A stretch of 64,000 nt of DNA from positions 109,852,264 through 109,916,263 of the forward strand of contig NC_068987.1 in NCBI RefSeq assembly GCF_001194135.2. The letters are read 5' to 3'. Of this stretch, positions 1 to 43,615 are shown piece by piece. Both the position numbers and the translations under genes were made by a program. Source of the stretch: Octopus bimaculoides (Eukaryota). The notes below the pieces were generated by a model that saw nothing but the letters and a program-made list of their open reading frames with translations, searched no databases and had not been told where the DNA came from. Each line of letters begins with the position of its first letter. Positions within the stretch are counted from its first letter, which is position 1.

Positions 1-169
1 TACACTCTCTGAGTGGTTGGCGTTAGGAAGGGCATCCAGCTGTAGAAACTCTGCCAAATCAGACTGGAGCCTGGTGTTGCCATCCGGTTTCACCAGTCCT
101 CAGTCAAATCGTCCAACCCATGCTAGCATGGAAAGCGGACGTTAAACGATGATGATGATGATGATGATG
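1..169 (+). mobile_element. RTE LINE 3'UTR (family B), cut by window edge
   Basis: Near-identical to 7775-7938; (GAT)n tail. Confidence 0.85.
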
Positions 170-221
170 CATACATACATATATAAATATATTTATATGA
201 TACATATATGTATAACATATA

Positions 222-348
222 CAGGGTGTCCACAAAGTCTGGGTACATGGGGATTAACATATACTTTAAGAAATCATTATTTCTTATATTTAATTGTTTA
301 TGTTATGATTTTATTTACTCCATGTACCCAGACTTTGTGGACACCTCG
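222..348. mobile_element. Tc1/mariner-type MITE (127 bp)
   Basis: 29-bp TIRs CAGGGTGTCCACAAAGTCTGGGTACATGG (222-250) and its reverse complement (320-348, 2 mismatches); TA on both flanks. Confidence 0.85.
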
Positions 349-518
349 TATATATAGATATATATATATTACAAATATAATAGAGAATACATATATACAC
401 GACAAACTATGCATTCTGTGCTAGCATGGAAAATGGATGTCTCATGATGATGATGATGATGATATGTACATACAATACATAACTATAAAACATATGCACA
501 CACACACAATTATCGTTG

Positions 519-550
<32 letters not shown>

Positions 551-559
551 GTCATGTAA

Positions 560-905
560 TATCCATCTTTTATGCCAGAAGATTTAATGGAATTAGAGAG
601 GAAATTCCAGGCATGGAGACTAAACCAAGAATCAAGAGGTCAGAGAGTAAACCTAGCAAAGACAAGCGTTTTAGTGAGTAAGAAAGAAGACAGGACCCTG
701 GTACCTTTGGGGAAATGGCCTTGTTCGATATGCAGAAAAGGATTCGGTACAAACCCTGTACATTGTACTGAATGTAAGCAATGGACACACAACAGAGATT
801 AAGTGGAGTCAGAGGTAGACTGTGGATGAATGTAAGCTTGATGAATGTGACAGGTACACTGAAGCAGTACTTACTCTGTGCACATGGGAAATAGATTCCC
901 TTAAG
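560..905 (+). mobile_element. Degenerate RTE-type LINE ORF2 fragment (end of RT plus Cys/His finger)
   Basis: Translates ELERKFQAWRLNQESRGQRVNLAKTSVLVS...WPCSICRKGFGTNPVHCTECKQWTH, then with frameshifts SGVRGRL and EIDSLK. This resembles the post-YADD 'L.vN..KT' RT region of RTE elements. Confidence 0.75.
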
Positions 906-1119
906 GAAACCTTTTCTATTTCTGGCCCCTTCCCTTTGACCCATATTTTACCCCACCACCTTCTAGCATAAAGTTGCTCCCCTGGGGTTTATAGTCTTGC
1001 AAACTGACTCATTTGTGCTGGTGGCTGTAAAAAACAAACGCCCAGTAAACACTGTAAAGTGGTTGGAATTAAGAAGGGCAAAGAGGGGAAATTAGGTCGA
1101 GGAAGTAAATGTTCCCTAC

Positions 1120-32952
<31,833 letters not shown>

Positions 32953-33399
32953 CTGCAAGAAATAAAAACAAAACGGAGTTATTAAAGACTATTCAAAACT
33001 CTAATGCTAGTATAAGGTGAATATCTAAAGTCTTGGAAGTGAGGTTTTTGGGACAGAAAATAGAGGAAGCCCATTGTACATGTGTCTGTATGTCTGTGCT
33101 TCTGTGTGTGTGTGTACATGCACGTATGTATGTATGTATGTATGTATGTATGTATGTATGTACTTATGTTAGGTTTTTAAAATATCCTTTTGCAAATTTT
33201 TTACAATTTTTAATTTTATTTCCTGAACTGAAAAAATGATTTGTAATACATACACATATGTGAGCATGAGTATGCGTATGTGTGTGTGTGTGTGTATATC
33301 TCTCTCTCTCTCTCTCTTTCCTTTCTTTGACATAGAACATTTATTGTAAATAAATATCAACCATCTCACAAATGGTGCTGTTTGTTTGCAATTTTCCAT

Positions 33400-33802
33400 G
33401 AAGACATGTTCAGTGCTTGTGATGTCCAAGTTTGTAAGCACCATTCGAGCGTGATTGTTGCCAGCGCCACCTTACCAGCACATGTGCCGCTGGCACGTGA
33501 AAAACAACATTCAAGTGTGGTCGTTGCCAGTGCCACTGGACTGCCTCCTGTGCAGGTCGCACATAAAAACACATTCGAGCGTGGTCGTTGCCAGAACTGC
33601 CTAGCTGGCCCTCATGCCGGTGGCACATAAAATCACCCATTACACTCACGGAGTGGTTGGCGTTAGGAAGGGCATCCAGCTGTAGAAACTTTGCCAGATC
33701 AGATTGGGGCCTGGTGCAGCCTCTGGCTTACCAGTCCTCAGTCAAACCATCCAACCCATGCCAGCATGGAAAGCAGACATTAAATAATGATGATGATGAT
33801 GA
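33400..33802 (+). mobile_element. RTE LINE 3'UTR (family B, older variant with extra tandem units)
   Basis: Several gttgccag...tggcac.taaaa units, then the core and a (GAT)n tail. Confidence 0.8.
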
Positions 33803-34014
33803 TTACTCTGTCTGAAAATAAGTGCGGATTAGTGACAGGAAAAGCATCCAGCTGTAAAAAACATACCTCAATAAATTTTGTCAAACCGAAGCAAGAATGA
33901 AAAAGAGAATGTTAAAAACAACGATAGTAATAATGATGACGACACTTTTAAAATGTATTGAGTACTACATTGAAGAGCAGTCTTCTTAATAACTAAGATT
34001 ATATATCATATAAG

Positions 34015-34544
34015 AATGGCTGTGTGATTAAGAAGGTTGCTTTGATACTTTGTAGTTCCCAGTTTAGTCCCACTGCATGCCACTTTGAGCAAGTGTCCTC
34101 TACTATAACTTGGGCCAACCAATGCCTTGTAGATGAATTTGGTTGACGGATACTGTGAAGAAGCCTGTTGTGTATTTATTTGTGTCTCTGCGCTTGCCTC
34201 TGCAACTCCCAGCCCCCAGCAGCAAATAGAATAAGTACCAGATTAAAACATAAGCACTCAGTTTGGTTTGTTCAGCTGAAACACCTTCAAGACAATGCCC
34301 CAGTATGGCCACAGTCCAATGATTGAAAGAAGTAAAAGATTTAAAACGATATACACGTGTGAATATATAAATACACCATTGATAGGTGCAGGAGTGGCTG
34401 TGTGGTAAGTAGCTTGCTTACCAACCACATGGTTTCAAGTTCAGTCCCACTGTGTGGCACCTTGGGCAAGTGTCTTCTACTATAGCCTCTGGCTGACCAG
34501 AGCCTTGTGAATGGATTTAGTAGACAGAAACTGAAAGAAGCCCG

Positions 34545-34548
<4 letters not shown>
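34015..34548 (+). mobile_element. Two tandem SINE A copies (diverged 34015-34340; 5' half 34385-34548)
   Basis: Two heads tggctgtgtg..gtcccactg; the second ends in (TA)n and a gap. Confidence 0.75.
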
Positions 34549-34583
<35 letters not shown>

Positions 34584-34961
34584 NNNNNNNNNNNNNNNNN
34601 NNNNNNNNNNNNNNNNNNNNNNNNNNNNNNNNNNNNNNNNNNNNNNNNNNNNNNNNNNNNNNNNNNNNNNNNNNNNNNNNNNNNNNNNNNNNNNNNNNNN
34701 NNNNNNNNNNNNNNNNNNNNNNNNNNNNNNNNNNNNNNNNNNNNNNNNNNNNNNNNNNNNNNNNNNNNNNNNNNNNNNNNNNNNNNNNNNNNNNNNNNNN
34801 NNNNNNNNNNNNNNNNNNNNNNNNNNNNNNNNNNNNNNNNNNNNNNNNNNNNNNNNNNNNNNNNNNNNNNNNNNNNNNNNNNNNNNNNNNNNNNNNNNNN
34901 NNNNNNNNNNNNNNNNNNNNNNNNNNNNNNNNNNNNNNNNNNNNNNNNNNNNNNNNNNNNN

Positions 34962-34999
<38 letters not shown>

Positions 35000-35593
35000 G
35001 ATACATTGATTCCTAGATAGAAATATTACTAGTTCACACAAGTTTGATGTGTATATGAAGTTATAACTTCACAGACATATGCATGTATATATACATGTGT
35101 GTATATATGCATGCATGTATACATATGTGTATATATGGGTGTGCATGTGTGAATATATGATTACACAATTGATATTTCCATGCCATGGTATATATATATA
35201 TAAAATACAACACACACACTCAGTGGTTTAATGAGTTTGGAGGCAGGATAGAGTAGGCGGGGTGGGGTGGGGGAGTAGGTTGTTGCCCTGGCAACTGAAA
35301 CCAATTCTAACCTAACAAAACCATTAATGTCCAGAGGAAGGACAATAAACTATATTGTTGGGTGACTGGTCATTTGCACTGGTCTACCGGTCAGTGGTCT
35401 TAACTTCATAACTTCATATACAGGTTAAGGTCAGTTACCCAGTGAGGAGGAGATGAGGCAGGTGATGCTAACAGCACACACACACACACACACATGCACA
35501 CACACACACACACACACACGCACACATATACACATATATATGTATACATACATATGTCTGCATACATACATACATATACACATACATACACAC

Positions 35594-35624
<31 letters not shown>

Positions 35625-35753
35625 CACACACACACATAAAGTGGTGAGGATGGTTGAAGAGGAGATAAAGAGAGACAGAGCAGATGGAATGAATTATTGA
35701 ATTGATGTGTAAGACAAAGAGAAAGGAAGGCAAAAGGAATAGAAAAGATACAG

Positions 35754-35788
<35 letters not shown>

Positions 35789-36306
35789 GCGTGTAGGGTA
35801 GTGGTAAGGCAGAAAGGAATGGTGTGGTATTAGTAAGACATATGGAAAAAGGTGTGAGAAAAGGAAGGGTTTGATCCTGGTGCCTAATTCATAAGATGCT
35901 TACAAAAGATTATTTCCACAAGTCAGTTCAATATACGAGTATGTAATATTGATCTTCCTTCAGTTAATCCTTACTGGCCTTGAGAGAAAGAGAAGCAATG
36001 TCGGTCCAGTTGAGACTGGAACTCGGCGCAGTTTTGTAGGATAATGTAAGTGTGGGAATCTAGTTGGCATTTGGCTCAAACTGATAAACTATATTCCTGG
36101 AATTTCTTCCAGGTGGTAATTATCTTTCAGCTATAAGAAATGCTTTGCTTCATAAATTGTTTGATTACTGTACTTCAGAAATATTCATTCATACTGACAA
36201 TTTCTAAAAGGAATGAAATAATGCACTATATGATTACTACTGATGAGAAACTTCAAGATGATCCACAACAAGCAGGAAATGAATAAATAATAAATAGATA
36301 AATAAA

Positions 36307-37525
36307 TACTGTAAAAACCCATGTAATTTATGCACATTTTATCGCAAAAATAAAAAATAAACTTTAGTGGGTGCGTAAATTACATGAGTAGATCATTTCC
36401 AGAATTCAAACAAAACTTTTTGTTACTCTTTACTCTTTTACTTGTTTCAGTTATTTGACTGTGGCCATGCTGGAGCACTGCCTTTAGTCAAGCAAATCGA
36501 CCTCAGGACTTATTCTTTGTAAGCCTAGTACTTATTTTATCGGTCTCCTTTGCCGAACCACTAAGTTATTGTTGAAAAAAGATGTACAAAATGTAAAAAT
36601 TCATATCAGAAGTTGACTCATTTAATGTCAGAATAAGTTTTTAATGGCTTAAATACGCGTAATGAAGTTAACTTTTATTTGTGCTGGATGGTATAATGCC
36701 TACTTTTTCTGTATAAATTTACTAAAACCATTAAATGGTTAACTAGCATTTGAAGTCTGACGTTCATGCTGGTAAACACGGCCTGGGCCATATTTTACAC
36801 TGCAGGGAGTTTCTTTCTCTCGCAATGGAGAATACATTTCATTTCTCCTTTGCAGTAAACCAATCACAAGTTCCGCTCATACTAACAATAACAGTAATGA
36901 CAAATTTTTAAGTTTGCTTCACATTTTATAAGTGTGGGAGGGATTAAAATTCCAGTACTCTGTATGAAAGGTTCCAACAAGAATAGGTGGAAAAGAATTC
37001 TATTTACATAATCAGTTTGATCGGTCACCTTCCTCTGTCAGATGAGTAAAGTGTCATCTAAGCTGATGTTTATTGGTAATTAAACTTAATTTGCAATACC
37101 TGTGTGTATTTATCAGCTTTGTTTTTGTTGGTAATTCTTATCAATAACTTTTCCTGTGGTCATAATTTGAGAAGACATACAGAAGTATGCTAAAAATTAT
37201 GGACATAATCTCTTGTGGGCAAGAGATGTAAAATAAAGTTTATTATAAACAACACAAACACTTTGTAATTTAATAGCTTTCAATGTGATACCTGTTAAAC
37301 AGAAATTATTCTTATTTAATGAAAATTTAATAAAATCTAATCATCAGTGAAATTATGTTAAATACAACTAAATTGGAAACCTTTTCCCCCTGGCAATATT
37401 GGCAATTCTAAAAACTTTTAGGTGTGAATTTTTACATGAGTAGAAGCTTTTTTTAAACAAATTTTATCTTGAAAATCACCTGCGTAAATTACACAGGTGT
37501 GCAAATTACATGGGTTATATATGTA
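36307..37525. mobile_element. Candidate non-autonomous DNA transposon (pogo/Tigger-like TIRs)
   Basis: Left end tactgtaaaaacccatgtaatttatgcac; right end gtgcaaattacatgggtt (14-bp perfect core); subterminal gcgtaaattac repeats at both ends; no clear transposase. Confidence 0.35.
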
Positions 37526-37911
37526 TGTCATTAAGCACACAGCAGAAACTAAAGTAACCACTGGTACACTTTTGGCACATGGATAATGGTAGACCTAAAA
37601 TTAATTCCTGACAATACCCAATATTAGAAAGGGGAGTTAGTACACAGCAGTGGGGAGACTTACAAGTAGCCTCAGGTAGAGAGAGACAATATGAGTGTGA
37701 GTACATGGCAACAGGTTGGCCTAAAACTAGACTCTTGTAGACAGGAAGTGGTATTATACAGGTGTGAGTTGACCCAAAAAGGCAATGTTAATGCACAGGG
37801 GTAATATATATAAAATTACCGAATGGTACAGAAAGGTAGGAGAGATGAAAGTAATCACTGGTAGTATGGTAGGCATGATACATAAAGCTAGTCTCTAACA
37901 GAGACAATTAT

Positions 37912-38315
37912 AGCTTGCGAAGACTTATTGGGGCAAGCGAAAGCGAAATCGTGATGGCACCTGTGCCCAGCGTCGCCTTTCTGGCACTTGTGCCCGTGGC
38001 ATTTGTAAGGACTTTCGAGCGAGATTGTTGCCAATGCTGCTGGACTGGCTCTTGTGCGGGTGGCACATAAAATACACCATTTTGAGCATGGCCGTTGCCA
38101 GTACCGCCTGACTGGCCTTCATGCCGGTGGCATGTAAAAGCACCCACTACACTTTCAGAGTGGTTGGCGTTAGGAAGGGCATCCAGCTGTAGAAACTCTG
38201 CCAGATCGGATTGGAGCCTGGTGTAGCCATCCGGTTTCACCAGTCCTCAGTCAAATCATCCAACCCATGCTAGCATGGAAAGCGGACGTTAAACGATGAT
38301 GATGATGATGATGAT
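37912..38315 (+). mobile_element. RTE LINE 3'UTR (family B)
   Basis: Near-identical to 7538-7938. Confidence 0.88.
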
Positions 38316-38993
38316 ATGTATAATAAAGAGGGTGAACGGTGAAGGAAACAGAGGTGGATAGTCTGTAAGATATGAGAGATAACTTTGTAATATTTCAGTA
38401 AAAATATACAGACACTCGTTGTTGTGACTGATGTTTTACCTCAAGACTAGTCCTGATTGAGTTGGCCTAAGATCAAAGATCTTCCAACTGTGACCAGCCT
38501 ATCTTCCAATCAGATATATATATAATTAGAAATGCCAATGTAATTTGAAATGTATGCTTATTTTTAATAAACAGAATTTTATCCTTGCTATATATAAAAA
38601 AAAAAAATGATTTAAACCACAGGTTTTTTTTTTTCATCTGCAAGGGTAGAGAAAGTAGGACTGATCTGACTGGTTTCTGGTCTTGTTAAATTTTCATCAG
38701 AGAAAGAAAACCCACCTTCTGTCCACTGAGAAATAAGGAGCTTATAGCTACATATAGTGGATACATAGTTAAATTGGAAAATCTAATTTGCATAACACTA
38801 AGGATTCTCTTTCTGATGAGTCTCTAAGAAGAACAGAAACTAGTGAGATCACTCCGACTTTATCACTCATGCAGGCGATAAAAATCTGTGATGGAACCAC
38901 TTTATTTACTTGTCGTAAGTAAGGTTAAAATTATATGTTTAATACACAGAGGTATTACATAAAATTATAATATTTCAAATTAACTACATAATA

Positions 38994-39397
38994 GGCGCAG
39001 GAGTGGCTGTGTGGTAATTAGCTTGCTTCCCAACCACATGGCTCCGAGTTCAGTCCCACTGCGTGGCACCTTGGGCAAGTGTCTTCTACTATAGCCTCGG
39101 GCCGACCAAAGCCTTGTGAGTGGATTTGGTAGACAGAAACTGAAAGAAGCCCATTGTATATATGTATATGTATGTGTGTGTATATGTTTGTGTGTATATG
39201 TTTGTCCCCCCAACATTGCTTGACAACTGATGCTGGTGTGTTTACGTCCCCGTAACTTAGTGGTTCGGCAAAAAGAGACCTGATAGAATAAGTACTAGGC
39301 TTACAAAGAATAAGTCCTGGGGTCGATTTGCTCGACTAAAGGCAGTGCTCCAGCATGGTCGCAGTCAAATGACTGAAACAAGTAAAAGAGTAAAAGA
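38994..39397 (+). mobile_element. SINE family A, full length
   Basis: Complete head, core, microsatellite and tail, ~400 bp. Confidence 0.9.
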
Positions 39398-39819
39398 ATA
39401 ATAATAAAAAAAAGAGTCCCTTGTGTTATCAGCATAACACTATTCATGCAAATCAGACAGGCTTACTAAGCTGGTTCATTTGTTTGCTTTGTGTCTATTT
39501 TACTATGCTAGCATAGGTTGGATGAATACTTGACTCTATAAGTATTTATCCAACCCATGCTAGTATGATTAAACAGACATATTTGTGGAGTATTTGTTGC
39601 TATTTACAATCAGATATGCTCCCTGTCTTTACCCATGCCTCTATACCTGTTTTTCAAGTCAGGGATTCATTAAAAAAAACTTTTCTTTTGTAATTTTTTT
39701 TCTAGTTGTCTTCAAAAAACTCAGAGCCAGAGGGAAATTTGTTGATAGGAAATGTCAACATTATGCCACTGTATATTTTGCTCAAACGCTTTCATGAGGA
39801 AAACATGGGATGTAAACAT

Positions 39820-40495
39820 TCACACAGACAAACACACACACACACACACATGGATCCATATGGACATACACACATGAATACACCACCCCACGTTTCATTA
39901 TTAACATATATACATACACACACATACATAAACATATATACACATACATATATACATATACACATATATATACATTCACATATACACACAAACAAACATT
40001 CACATATACACACATATTCACATATATACATACATATACATACACACAGATCCATATACATACATATACATATACATAAATACGCACACATACACATAAA
40101 TACATATACATACATAAATACACATACATATACACAAACTGATACACATTCGCGTACACATGCATACGTAAACATATATACACATACATATACATACACA
40201 TATCTACAAACATACATATATATGCACACATCCATACACATACACCAACACAAATACACATAGACACATACATATACACGCACATACATATACACACATC
40301 CATATATGTACATGTACACACATCAATATACACACATACACATGCACACATTCATATACATAGACACATACATATACATATACACACATCCATGTACGTA
40401 CATGTACATACATCTATATACATACACACACACACACATAAATACACATACACACATGCATATACACACATATATGTACATACACATACACACAT
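39820..40495. repeat. Cryptic (CA/TA)n mosaic microsatellite
   Basis: ~670 bp of alternating purine-pyrimidine sequence. Confidence 0.9.
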
Positions 40496-42278
40496 CACAT
40501 TTCAAATTATCCACAAAAAAGCTGTCTACTGCAACATTGTTGATGCTGATTTCATGTTGTTGTTGTTGTGATTTATTCATGTTGTTGTTGTTGATGCTGT
40601 TGATGGTGTTAGCATTGATGCAGCATTATGGCTGTTGTAGTTAACTTTTGTTATTGTGAAGTTGTTGTTGTTGTTGTTGCTATTGCTGTTATCCACCCCC
40701 ACCCCCTGGTAATCNNNNNNNNNNNNNNNNNNNNNNNNNNNNNNNNNNNNNNNNNNNNNNNNNNNNNNNNNNNNNNNNNNNNNNNNNNNNNNNNNNNNNN
40801 NNNNNNNNNNNNNNNNNNNNNNNNNNNNNNNNNNNNNNNNNNNNNNNNNNNNNNNNNNNNNNNNNNNNNNNNNNNNNNNNNNNNNNNNNNNNNNNNNNNN
40901 NNNNNNNNNNNNNNNNNNNNNNNNNNNNNNNNNNNNNNNNNNNNNNNNNNNNNNNNNNNNNNNNNNNNNNNNNNNNNNNNNNNNNNNNNNNNNNNNNNNN
41001 NNNNNNNNNNNNNNNNNNNNNNNNNNNNNNNNNNNNNNNNNNNNNNNNNNNNNNNNNNNNNNNNNNNNNNNNNNNNNNNNNNNNNNNNNNNNNNNNNNNN
41101 NNNNNNNNNNNNNNNNNNNNNNNNNNNNNNNNNNNNNNNNNNNNNNNNNNNNNNNNNNNNNNNNNNNNNNNNNNNNNNNNNNNNNNNNNNNNNNNNNNNN
41201 NNNNNNNNNNNNNNNNNNNNNNNNGGGGGGGGGGTAGGGCCTGTAGTGGTTAAACAGTGACACACATGTCTAAACTTGAAAGAATTACAGTGAAAGAGAA
41301 AGGAAACGGAAAGACAATGTAAAACTTCCGAAAATCCCAAAAGAATAAAATAAATAAAAATAAAATAAATAACAAATAAATAAATTACAAATATATAATT
41401 TATTTATTTATCCATTTATTTATTTATTTATTCATTCATTTAAGTACAAAGAAGGGACAACCACTGTGACAATAGGAAACTCCTGGAGGGCAAAAGAAAA
41501 CTGAGAGGAAAATGGGTCAGCAATTATGTAAACCCACCACCACCACCACCACTAATACTGCTACTACCACCACCGACGACAACATCAACACCACCACCAA
41601 TATCACTACTACTACTACTACCACCACCATCTATCTGTGTTTTCCAAAATGATTTGCTCAGCTGAACTTATTGGAGTTATCTTTCCCTTGCTACTTTTCT
41701 TTTCTTTTTTTCTTATAATTTTACACAACAGTAAAAGGAGGTTTCGTCTAGAGATCGAATAAATAATCTCTATCAATCACAGTTTTCCAGCACACAGTTT
41801 ACATACGTGAGACCCTACCATATGCATACTAAATTAATATGCGGAAAGCTTGCTTCTCTGCAGTAATTTTCTTCAGCTCTATTATTTATAACAATCATAA
41901 TCACTATTTTGCATCTATTCCTATATCCTCCTCCTCCTCATCTGTTTAACATCTGTTTTTACTATGATTGCATGGGTTAGATGAGTGTTGTTAAAAAAAG
42001 CAGTAGGATGCTCTTCCTGTCACCAACCCTTACACATTTTCAAGTAAGGAAATATTTTCCTTTGTCCTTCAAGTAACAACAAACTCAGCGGCCAGGAATG
42101 CTTCCATACATGGACAATAAACAAATGACACTGCTTTTGTATGACTGATTACTGTTTACAATCAATAAACACATGCTCACTTCCATACATATACATGATA
42201 TGCACACATACACAGACACATACACATAGAGTCAAGCATATTTCACTCAAAAATCATAGGTCAATATATATGTGTATG

Positions 42279-42341
<63 letters not shown>

Positions 42342-42409
42342 AACATGTGGTTGATTGCTGGTGATAGGGAGAGAATCACTTCTCGTGATTGTCGAAGCAT
42401 GTTAAAAAC

Positions 42410-42770
42410 AGGCATGGGTGAGTGGTAAGAAGCTCGTTTCCAAACCACATGGTTCAGGGTTCCATCCCACTGTGTGGCACCTTGAGCAAGTGTCTTCTGC
42501 TATAGCCTTGGGCCAACCAAAGACATGTGAGTGGATTTGGTATATGGAAACTGAAGGAAGCCCATCGTATATATGTGTGTGCATATATATATTTGTGTGT
42601 CTGTGTTTGTCCTCCCACCATTGCTTGACAACTGATGTTGGTGTGTTTATGTCCTTGTAACTTAGCATTTTGGCAAAAGTGACCAATAGAATAAGTACCA
42701 GGCTTACAAAGAATAAGTCCTGGGGTCGATTTTCTCGACTAAAGGTGGTGCTCCAGCATGGTCGCTGTCA
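42410..42770 (+). mobile_element. SINE family A
   Basis: Diverged but complete. Confidence 0.8.
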
Positions 42771-42986
42771 AGAATTACATTAAAGAGTGAAGAGCATACA
42801 TATATTCTTATATAATTCTTTTATTTATTTATTTTATTTTCTATTTCTAGGAAATAAAGTTTTTAAAGTCACAGGTAGTCGTGAATAGCACAATTTCATC
42901 CTCCTTTTGGACTCGTCAACATGACATAACCAGTAACTTGAAATTAATTAAGTTAAATTCATCTTGTTGTTGTTCTTCTTCTAATA

Positions 42987-43219
42987 CAGTGGTTCTCAAC
43001 CATTTTTTGCCTATGGACCCCTTTGATTTCTATTCTACTTGGGTGGACCCCCCACCCCGTAGCCATTTGATGTTTAAAAAATCTTAAGGATCACATTAAA
43101 AAATTATTAAAATATTTCATATTTTGTAGAAACATAACCAATTCATTGCACATAAATTTTAACAACAAAATCTTACATGGACCCCCAAGGGCCATATGAA
43201 CCCTGGCTGAGAAACACTG
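42987..43219. mobile_element. hAT/Charlie-type MITE
   Basis: TIRs CAGTGGTTCTCAACC / GGCTGAGAAACACTG with GGACCCC subterminal repeats; a 3' end of the same element occurs at ~45988-46029; TSD degenerate. Confidence 0.65.
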
Positions 43220-43265
43220 CTTAAAACGGTAAAGAAAAGAGGTAGAGAGAGACTTGAATTCTTTG

Positions 43266-43316
<51 letters not shown>

Positions 43317-43576
43317 TAATATAATACACATATACACATACATACAATAAATCCAATAACGGAAGAAAGCACTAAAAATGTAATTAAAATGTAAATAAAT
43401 AAAAAAATAAAAAAGTATATATAATCATCCAACATGCTGACTACCTTATTATTCTAAATATACACATACATACATACATATATATACACATACATACATA
43501 TATACACACACACACACACACACAAATATACATACATATATATACACACATATATGTGTGTGTGTACATATATATA

Positions 43577-43615
<39 letters not shown>

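Noticed and set aside
33400-33640. CRISPR-like repeat-spacer pattern
   Set aside because: These are degenerate tandem units of a LINE 3'UTR in an animal intron, with no unique spacers and no cas genes.
35256-35275. G-quadruplex-like G runs (also ~41225 and ~57570)
   Set aside because: Short low-complexity tracts, two of them at gap edges; nothing suggests function.
35890-36130. Possible small cadherin exon (..INITYSY..|gtaag)
   Set aside because: In-frame stop just upstream, no polypyrimidine acceptor, and the wrong phase for joining exon 32952.
38994-39070. tRNA gene candidates (A and B boxes) here and at other SINE heads
   Set aside because: No complete cloverleaf; each continues into a SINE core and tail.
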